DNA from: an uncultured Dehalococcoidales bacterium
GTDB taxonomy: Bacteria; Chloroflexota; Dehalococcoidia; Dehalococcoidales; E44-bin46
Direction: 5' to 3'
Assembly (NCBI GenBank): GCA_964354655.1
Contig: CAYHAL010000002.1
Location: forward strand, 5,680 to 69,679
DNA: 64,000 nt
Below, one piece after another: positions 54,927-64,000 of the stretch; position 1 is the first letter of the stretch; each line of letters begins with the position of its first letter. The position numbers and the translations under genes are program-made. The notes under the pieces are model-generated. The model worked only from the letters and a program-made list of their open reading frames with translations. It searched no databases and was not told the DNA's origin.

Positions 54927-55240
54927 TTGACCTCACCCCCTTTAGATATTTATTAACCCACCCCCTTTATCCCCCTCCCTTATGAAGGGAGGCTTCGCCT
55001 CTCTTTGACTCTCCTTAAAAGGAGCTTGAGAGGAGCTTCGCTCCCTTTGACCCTCCTTAAAAGGAGCCTTGCCTTTTTTACTCTTCTTAAAAGGAGTTAT
55101 TAAGCAGAACTTTTAAGAAATCATCCCTCTCAAGGGAGAGGTTTTAGAGAGGGGGCTTAAGCCCCCTCTTTTTAAAATCCCTCCCCTTCCCCTTGGCAAG
55201 GGGAAGGGGATAAAGGGGATAGGGTTACCAGATAATCTCC
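54927..55240. repeat. Mosaic hairpin repeat element, copy G (forward orientation, left hairpin truncated)
   Basis: Left end is TTGACCTCACCCCCTTTAGATATTTATTAACCCACCCCCTTTATCCCCCTCCCTTATGAAGGGAGG, fused directly to the first unit. There are about four internal units, including AGAGAGGGGGCTTAAGCCCCCTCT. Right end is CCCTTCCCCTTGGCAAGGGGAAGGGGATAAAGGGGATAGGGTTACCAGA. Confidence 0.9.
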
Positions 55241-55293
55241 CTTTACAAAGTCGGTGCTAATACTGTATTCTAGCTTAAAAAGAGAGGGACAGC

Positions 55294-56541
55294 TTGTATC
55301 AGGCACCACGCGGAACTTCAGATATACTACCCAAGGAACAACCATACTGGCGCTACATAGAGCAAAAGGTGGTTAATATCTGCCAGCTCTACGGCTATGA
55401 GCGCATTGATGTTCCTGCCTTTGAGGACACCGGGCTTTTCTCCCGCAGTATCGGCGAAGAGACCGATATTGTACAAAAGGAAATGTATACCTTTAAGGAT
55501 AGAGGGGGAAACAAACTAACCCTGAGACCAGAGGGCACGGCGCCAGTATGCCGAGCCTATCTGGAACACGGAATGCATAATTTGCCCCAACCGGTAAAGC
55601 TGTATTATATTGGCTCCATTTTCAGATATGAAAGACCCCAGGCAGGCAGATATCGGCAACACTACCAGTTTGGCTATGAGGCTATCGGGGATGACGACCC
55701 CGCCCTTGATGCTGAAGTCATTGATATGGCATGGCAGTTCTTTTCCTGCCTAAACCTGCGCCACCTATCACTAGTCCTTAATAGTATCGGTTGTAAACAA
55801 TGTCGACCCGAATATCTAGCTGCCCTGAAGAGCTACTACACCAACTATATTCACGACCTGTGTCCAGATTGCAAAACAAGGTTTAAGAGAAACCCCCTCC
55901 GCCTCCTTGACTGTAAAAAGCCGGTATGTCAGCAGATAGCTATTTCCGCCCCGAAAAGCACCGACTACCTTTGCCCCCAGTGTGATGAGCACTTTAAACA
56001 GGTAAAGAGGTACCTGGGGTTACTACAAATCCCCTTTAAACTAGACCATTGCCTGGTTCGGGGCTTGGACTACTATACCAGGACAGTATTTGAGGTTCAG
56101 CCTGAAGCCGAAGGCGCCCAGAGCACCCTCGGCGGTGGCGGACGATACGATGACCTGATTGAAGAACTGGGTGGCAGACCTACCCCGGCAATCGGTTTCG
56201 CCTCTGGTATAGAGCGCATAATCCTCAACCTGAAGAAACAGGGGATTTCCATCCCAGCCCTGCCCCGACCCAAGGTTTTCATTGCCTATATCGGCGATGA
56301 CGCCAGGGACGAGGCAATAAAGCTGTCAGCTAGGCTTAGAAAGGACAGCATCGGCGTAATAGAAACCGTGGGCAATAAGAGCCTGAAGGCTCAACTAAGA
56401 CTGGCAAATAACCTTGGCGCCAGTCACACCGTCATTATCGGCGACCAAGAAGTAAAAACCGGCACCGTCATACTACGAGATATGACCACCTCGGAACAAA
56501 AAACTATCCCCCTCCCCCAGCTACAAGGGCAGTTACGCTAA
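55294..56541 (+). CDS. hisS: Histidine--tRNA ligase
   Basis: 415 aa. TTG start after AGAGAGGGA. Motifs: RGTSDILP, LRPEGTAP, FRYERPQAGRYRQ and GGGRYD. Confidence 0.95.
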   Translation: MYQAPRGTSDILPKEQPYWRYIEQKVVNICQLYGYERIDVPAFEDTGLFSRSIGEETDIVQKEMYTFKDRGGNKLTLRPEGTAPVCRAYLEHGMHNLPQPVKLYYIGSIFRYERPQAGRYRQHYQFGYEAIGDDDPALDAEVIDMAWQFFSCLNLRHLSLVLNSIGCKQCRPEYLAALKSYYTNYIHDLCPDCKTRFKRNPLRLLDCKKPVCQQIAISAPKSTDYLCPQCDEHFKQVKRYLGLLQIPFKLDHCLVRGLDYYTRTVFEVQPEAEGAQSTLGGGGRYDDLIEELGGRPTPAIGFASGIERIILNLKKQGISIPALPRPKVFIAYIGDDARDEAIKLSARLRKDSIGVIETVGNKSLKAQLRLANNLGASHTVIIGDQEVKTGTVILRDMTTSEQKTIPLPQLQGQLR

Positions 56542-56552
56542 CCACCCCCAGC

Positions 56553-56581
56553 TTCACCTTATAGTTAAATTGTGCTATAAT
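56553..56581 (+). promoter_or_regulatory. Candidate promoter of gyrB
   Basis: TTCACC (56553-56558), 17-nt spacer ending in TGC, TATAAT (56576-56581). Extended -10 context. Confidence 0.45.
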
Positions 56582-56700
56582 ATTCAAGTGCGTACGTTAT
56601 CTGATTTAACCTCTTCTATTGTAGCTAGAAGCTATTTCGGTATCACTATCTCCTTAATATTCCCACTTCACTCTTTGTCCCTACATCAATAAGACGGTAA

Positions 56701-59192
<2,492 letters not shown>

Positions 59193-59214
59193 AATGCAAC
59201 CTCCTACCTAAGGT

Positions 59215-59820
59215 CTAGGCTTTAGTGTATAGCCCCTGCTCCCGAATATATCTGTCTACCAGCTCAGGGACAAGGTGACCGATGGATAGTCCCTGGGCAA
59301 CCCACTGCCTGATTACCGAGCCACTAATATCCACCTCAGGTATATCCAGCAAAATAACCCTCTGGGCTAGTCCAGGGATGGTAGCCTCCAGGGATTTTAT
59401 GTCGGGCTGAAGATAGCCCGGTCGGGGGACTGCCAGTAGATAACACATCTTAATCAGCCGCTCTGGCTCCCGCCACTTGGGCAGCTCAGCTAAACTGTCC
59501 CAACCTAAAATGAAAAATAGCTCATCCCCAGCCCCAAGCCGGCCCTTTAGCTCGGCAATGGTATCAACAGTATACGACGGTCCAGCCCGCTCTACCTCTA
59601 TGGTTGACAGTTTGAAATAAGGCTTATTACCAATAGCCAGGCGCACCATCTGGATACGATGTTCCGCAGCTGAAATAGGACTGTCCATCCTCAGCCACGG
59701 CAGACCAGCCGGCACAAAAAGAACCTCAGCCAAATTCAGCCGGGCTCTTACCTCCTCGGCAACAATAAGGTGCCCATTATGGATTGGGTCAAAGGTCCCC
59801 CCCAGCACGCCTATTTTCAT
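59215..59820 (-). CDS. nadD: Nicotinate-nucleotide adenylyltransferase
   Basis: 201 aa. GGTFDPIHNGH and ISGSVIR (ISSTxxR-like). Confidence 0.9.
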   Translation of the reverse strand: MKIGVLGGTFDPIHNGHLIVAEEVRARLNLAEVLFVPAGLPWLRMDSPISAAEHRIQMVRLAIGNKPYFKLSTIEVERAGPSYTVDTIAELKGRLGAGDELFFILGWDSLAELPKWREPERLIKMCYLLAVPRPGYLQPDIKSLEATIPGLAQRVILLDIPEVDISGSVIRQWVAQGLSIGHLVPELVDRYIREQGLYTKA

Positions 59821-59821
59821 C

Positions 59822-61087
59822 CTACCACTCCCACTCTAGACTCCCACAGCGAACCTTATCACCTGGCTTAACCCCAGCCTTCCCCAAAGCCTTGCTCACC
59901 CCCAGCCTAGTGAATTGCCGTCTAATCTGCCCCAGTACCTCAGGGCTAGACACACCTGACTTAGCCACAATGCGCTCCAGTTCAGGAGCAACAATAACAA
60001 AGGTATCACCTTCCTTATGCACACTAGGGCTAGCCACTCGGGGCTGGGGATGAAAAATCTTCTTAACCATCTTCTCCTCCGCCCCTCTCTCAACGGTAAC
60101 CTGACTCACCATCTCCATGGCTTCAGCCATAAGCTCAGAAACGCCCTCCCCGGTGGCTGCTGAAATGAAAAGGGGGGAGAGCCCAGCAACATGAAAGGCA
60201 TCCCTAATCTCAGCTAACCGAGCCCGAACCTCAGGCAGGTCAATCTTATTGACTGCCACCAGTTGGAACTTCTGCGCCAAGGCTGAATCATATAAACTGA
60301 GCTCATTATTTACCCGTATCATGTCGTCCACCGGAGACGCTGAGCTACCATCTATCAAGTGGATAAGCATCTTGGTTCGGGCAACATGGCGTAGGAAATC
60401 ATGACCCAGACCTCGACCGAGGTGGGCACCGTCTATTAACCCTGGAATCTCAGCCAATACAAAGCTTCGTTGGTCAACTTCAACCACACCCAGAATAGGC
60501 TCACGGGTAGTGAAAGGATAACTGGCTATTTTAGGCTTGGCTGCTGAACAGGCGGCTAGCAGGGTAGACTTGCCCACATTGGGATAGCCAATAATCCCAA
60601 CATCGGCGATAAGCCTCAATTCTAATATTACCGAATTCTCCTCCCCAGCCTCCCCTTTCTGGGCAATTTGTGGGGCTTGATTAGTCGCCGAAACAAAGCG
60701 AACATTGCCCCACCCCCCTTTCCCACCCTTGGCTATGATTACCTGCTGCCCAGCCTGCTCCAAATCGGCTATAAGCGAATTGCCACCTACCTGCGCCTTC
60801 AATAATACCACCGTCCCAGTAGGGACGGTTAATATCAGGGTTTTCCCTTTCTTACCGTGCCTCTTTTTACCCTTACCATTCTCGCCATCACCTGCTTTGT
60901 AGAATCGCCGGCGCTCAAATGCCCGCAGGCTGCTAACACTACCTTCAGCTTTAATTATAACATCGCCGCCGTCACCACCATCCCCGCCATCAGGACCGCC
61001 AAAAGGAACAAATTTCTCCTGCCTGAAGCTCACTACCCCATCTCCCCCGTTACCTGCCCTTACCCTTATTTCTACCTGGTCATACAT
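59822..61087 (-). CDS. obg: GTPase Obg/CgtA
   Basis: 421 aa. Gly-rich Obg fold (GGDGGDGGDGG), G domain (GYPNVGKST, DIPGLI-like EIPGLI, NKID) and an OCT-like C-terminus. Confidence 0.95.
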   Translation of the reverse strand: MYDQVEIRVRAGNGGDGVVSFRQEKFVPFGGPDGGDGGDGGDVIIKAEGSVSSLRAFERRRFYKAGDGENGKGKKRHGKKGKTLILTVPTGTVVLLKAQVGGNSLIADLEQAGQQVIIAKGGKGGWGNVRFVSATNQAPQIAQKGEAGEENSVILELRLIADVGIIGYPNVGKSTLLAACSAAKPKIASYPFTTREPILGVVEVDQRSFVLAEIPGLIDGAHLGRGLGHDFLRHVARTKMLIHLIDGSSASPVDDMIRVNNELSLYDSALAQKFQLVAVNKIDLPEVRARLAEIRDAFHVAGLSPLFISAATGEGVSELMAEAMEMVSQVTVERGAEEKMVKKIFHPQPRVASPSVHKEGDTFVIVAPELERIVAKSGVSSPEVLGQIRRQFTRLGVSKALGKAGVKPGDKVRCGSLEWEW

Positions 61088-61271
61088 ACTTGGCTACCTG
61101 TGCTTTTTATTAATTATTATAGATTATGTTTCTCTGAAAATATATGGATTATCTAAATAATAATCTTAATAACAGTTATAGTAGATGAGGAATCTTAGGG
61201 AGGATAGAGGTTGGGTTACTGGGATTATCACGGCTACTTTGTTTATAGTTTACTTATAGATTATCTATTGG
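61088..61271. other. AT-rich spacer downstream of dnaA: candidate oriC sub-region/DUE
   Basis: This is the most AT-rich stretch in the window. GATTATC occurs at 61147, 61223 and 61259, and GATTATG at 61122. The 11-nt direct repeat TTATAGATTAT occurs at 61117-61127 and 61254-61264. No perfect TTATCCACA box is seen. Confidence 0.35.
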
Positions 61272-62609
61272 CTATAGACTTTGTTGAATATCTAGGATTT
61301 TTTGGCGCAGATAGGCATCGTTGTTGATGATATTAGCTATTTTTTTACATGCCAAGGTAGCAGTTATTGGTTCTCTCCCCCCCAGCTCTTTACCAATTTG
61401 GGTTAGTGAAATATTGGTTTCCTGCCGGATAAGATACATTGCTACCTGACGAGCTAAAGTCGTTTCTTTGTCCCTTTTCCGGCTCTTTAAGCCTAAAGGC
61501 GTGAGCTGGAAGCTGTTGGCTACAGCATCTATTACTTGAGCCGGGGTGATATAAGCTGCTTTGGGACGTTTAGTGGCTATATTCTCCAGGGCTTGGGCGG
61601 CTAACTCTGGGGTAATTAAAGCCCTAAGCAGTTTGGCATAAGCAATAACCCGATTTAGACTCCCTTCCAGTTCCCTTATGTTTTGCTGCATCCGCTGAGC
61701 AATAAACTCCAGCACATCTAAAGCCACATCCTGCTCCCGCTGCTTAGCCTTAGTCTGTAGAATAGCTAGGCGTGTTTCAAAGTCAGGAGCTTGGATATCA
61801 ACAATTAAACCCCACTCAAAACGGGAACATAGCCTCTCCTCTACCGGAACATAGCCTCTCTTTGTTTTGCCCATAGACATAGCTTTGGGTGAGCGGTCAC
61901 TGGTGATTACCATCTGGCGGTTATTGTTATGCAGCTCATTAAAGGTATGGAAGAAGCACTCTTCCGTCTGTTCCTTGCCGGTGATGAAGTGGATGTCATC
62001 AATCAACAGCATATCCACGCTTCTATATTTATTGCGGAACTCCTCGGTTTCTCTCTCTTGAATCGCTGTGATAAACTCATTGGTAAACTGCTCACTGCTA
62101 ACATAAAGCACTTTAATATGCTTGGCTAGAGCGGCATGCCCAATAGCGTGTAGCAAGTGTGTCTTGCCTAAACCAGGGCCTCCGTATATAAATAGCGGAT
62201 TATGGTAGCATTCTGGGCTTTCAGCTACCCCCAGAGCAGCGGCATAGGCTAAGCGATTACAGCTACCGATAACAAAGGAATCAAAGGTGTATTTTGGATT
62301 GAACATTGGCCCGGGTTCTTTCCTGAAACTATAGCTACCTGATGAATCTCGCTGCCTGGAATCTACTTGGAAGACGACTTTGATATCACGACCGGTAAGA
62401 CCAATAAGTGTTTTCTCAATCAAAGACCGCTGGTTCTTATCTAAATATTCAGCGACGAAGGTATTGGGTACACCGACAACAAACTGATTATCGTGATAAC
62501 TTAAACCTGCAGTTTTTTCCAGCCAAGTCAGGTAGTTTGGCTTATTGACTTGGATTTGTAGTTCACCCAAGGCAGTTTCCCAGATTTGTTGCGCCAACCC
62601 TGCGTCCAT
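61272..62609 (-). CDS. dnaA: Chromosomal replication initiator protein DnaA
   Basis: 445 aa. AAA+ Walker A GGPGLGKTHL, Walker B LLIDDIHF, and a C-terminal DnaA-box-binding domain (ARQVAMYLIR). Confidence 0.95.
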   Translation of the reverse strand: MDAGLAQQIWETALGELQIQVNKPNYLTWLEKTAGLSYHDNQFVVGVPNTFVAEYLDKNQRSLIEKTLIGLTGRDIKVVFQVDSRQRDSSGSYSFRKEPGPMFNPKYTFDSFVIGSCNRLAYAAALGVAESPECYHNPLFIYGGPGLGKTHLLHAIGHAALAKHIKVLYVSSEQFTNEFITAIQERETEEFRNKYRSVDMLLIDDIHFITGKEQTEECFFHTFNELHNNNRQMVITSDRSPKAMSMGKTKRGYVPVEERLCSRFEWGLIVDIQAPDFETRLAILQTKAKQREQDVALDVLEFIAQRMQQNIRELEGSLNRVIAYAKLLRALITPELAAQALENIATKRPKAAYITPAQVIDAVANSFQLTPLGLKSRKRDKETTLARQVAMYLIRQETNISLTQIGKELGGREPITATLACKKIANIINNDAYLRQKILDIQQSL

Positions 62610-62905
62610 TAGACTCCTTTAGTTAACTTTGAGCACCCTTTGTTGTTAGCTGACCGGGGAGCTTGAATGGGGCAAGGGGGAGGTAAATTAAAAATAAATT
62701 AAAAATGGGGACAATGAAATATTAGCAAAGGTTTTCGCCAAATGGCAAGGGTTCTGTTGTTGGTTGCTGGGCATTGTTGGTACCCACTTTCCCTTGCCAG
62801 GTCTGTCAGACTTTTTTGTTTGGTCAATATTTCTGTCACAGGCAGAAAACGGCTAGTTGTTACAAAATTTTTTTGATGTTAAGATTTAGCCATAGGAGGT
62901 TTAAC
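62610..62905. other. dnaA upstream spacer: candidate oriC sub-region / dnaA promoter region
   Basis: 296-nt non-coding spacer between divergent dnaA and fmt. Tandem AT-rich 11-mers AAATTAAAAAT x2 at 62685-62706. No canonical DnaA box recognised by eye. Confidence 0.3.
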
Positions 62906-63841
62906 TTGCGACTTATCTTTATGGGTAGCCCTGAGTTTGCCGTTCCCCCTTTGGAGCACCTTATTCTTAACCATTACCAGGTGGTGGCTGTTTATACTCA
63001 ACCAGATAAACCAGCCGGCAGGGGGCGTTCTCTGGTTTTTACCCCGGTGAAAAGGGCAGCAATGGCCCACAAGCTACCAGTAATACAGCCAGCCAGCTTG
63101 AAAGATGCCGAGGTTGTAGCCGAGCTGGCTGGTTTTCACCCTGACGTTATAGTGGTGGCTGCCTTTGGTCAAATCCTGCCCCAGTCGGTTTTAGACCTCC
63201 CTAGCTACGGATGTATCAATCTTCACCCATCCCTGTTACCTAGATTTAGAGGCGCCTCGCCGGTAGCCTCAGCTATTCTAGCCGGCGATGACTTTACCGG
63301 GGTTAGTGTTATGCTGATGGACCGGGGGCTAGATACCGGTCCTATATTAGCCAGGGCGCAGATTCCTATTTCGGCGCCGGATACCACCGGCTCGCTAACT
63401 GATAAGCTGTCCTTGATAGCCGCTCAGTTGCTCCTGGAGGTCTTGCCTCACCGGTTAAGGGGTGAGCTTACTCCGCAACCTCAGAACGAAGCCGAAGCCA
63501 CCTGTTCTGCCTCAACCTCCAAGAAGGAGGGTGAAATTGATTGGTATCTGCCAGCTATTGACCTATGGCGGCGGGTGCGTGCCTTTCATCCCTGGCCAGG
63601 GTGTTACACCAGATGGCAGGGAAGGCAGCTTAGGATTATTGAAGCGGTACCTCTACCCGGGGAAGGCACCGTGGAGATAGGGCAGGTAGTAGCTTTGGAG
63701 GGGGCAAAGGCTGCCTTTGGCGTTGGCACTGGTAGTGGTGTTTTAGGGGTGATAACGGTTCAAATGGCGGGGAAGCGGGCTATGTCGGCTGCCGAATTTT
63801 TGCGGGGACAGCGGCAGTTCATTGGTGCCATACTAAAATAA
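62906..63841 (+). CDS. fmt: Methionyl-tRNA formyltransferase
   Basis: TTG at 62906 lies 7 nt after AGGAGG and gives (M)RLIFMGSPEFAVP, the canonical Fmt N-terminus. Also has the HPSLLP motif. The ORF-track 5' extension of 44 codons is rejected. Confidence 0.9.
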   Translation: MRLIFMGSPEFAVPPLEHLILNHYQVVAVYTQPDKPAGRGRSLVFTPVKRAAMAHKLPVIQPASLKDAEVVAELAGFHPDVIVVAAFGQILPQSVLDLPSYGCINLHPSLLPRFRGASPVASAILAGDDFTGVSVMLMDRGLDTGPILARAQIPISAPDTTGSLTDKLSLIAAQLLLEVLPHRLRGELTPQPQNEAEATCSASTSKKEGEIDWYLPAIDLWRRVRAFHPWPGCYTRWQGRQLRIIEAVPLPGEGTVEIGQVVALEGAKAAFGVGTGSGVLGVITVQMAGKRAMSAAEFLRGQRQFIGAILK

Positions 63842-63856
63842 GTTAAGGAGGTTAAT

Positions 63857-64000
63857 TTGTCTTTACCTGAGAACTTAAGCCAGTTTACTACCCTGGTAGA
63901 TATTATTGCCCGGTTGCGTGCCCCTGACGGTTGTCCCTGGGATAGAAAACAGACCCACGCCTCGCTGCGGAAAAACCTATTGCAGGAATGCTATGAGGTG
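63857..64000 (+). CDS. mazG: Nucleoside triphosphate pyrophosphohydrolase MazG, 5' part (runs off the right edge)
   Basis: TTG start after [43 protein letters not shown] matches the MazG N-terminus. Confidence 0.7.
   Translation, partial: MSLPENLSQFTTLVDIIARLRAPDGCPWDRKQTHASLRKNLLQECYEV

Noticed and set aside
1478-55240. Possibility that the hairpin repeats are a CRISPR array or integron attC sites
   Set aside because: The units are irregularly spaced and directly abut one another, with no unique spacers of constant length. No cas or intI genes are present. The copies are dispersed rather than clustered, and they sit at the 5' rather than the 3' ends of genes.

Overview
This 64 kb window is an origin-proximal piece of a bacterial chromosome. 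It is densely packed with housekeeping genes: dnaA, obg, nadD, pyrE, gyrB, hisS, relA/spoT, rpsT, lexA, dinB, pyrF, folC, nadA/nadC, miaB, prfA/prmC, an EF-G, ftsH, metG and rsmI. Gene content and order, including the many DegV paralogs, are reminiscent of Dehalococcoidia/Chloroflexota, but that is an inference I cannot confirm without a database search. There are no rRNA genes, no CRISPR array, no recognisable transposase and no prophage.

Five things stand out.
- Seven copies of a modular, hairpin-rich mosaic repeat (about 185-440 bp) sit in intergenic regions. They have imperfect inverted termini, stem covariation and G-quadruplex-type G-runs. All seven lie upstream of the 5' end of a plus-strand gene, and one overlaps the nadC start codon.
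- Five DegV (FakB-like) paralogs are wrapped around plsX, next to an AMP-forming ligase and two unknown genes. No FakA is visible in the window.
- A roughly 0.5 kb AT-rich insertion is bounded by inverted repeats and a 12-nt direct repeat. It carries two convergent, overlapping small ORFs.
- An AT-rich single-gene islet directly after tRNA-Ser(GCU) encodes a TIR-like domain fused to a zinc ribbon.
- A 97-nt non-coding block downstream of two degV paralogs is far better conserved than the genes themselves.

Smaller observations are an apparent non-canonical pyrD start, an SOS box at lexA, candidate Zur operators and candidate bipartite oriC spacers. All motif calls, identities and counts were made by eye from the sequence.
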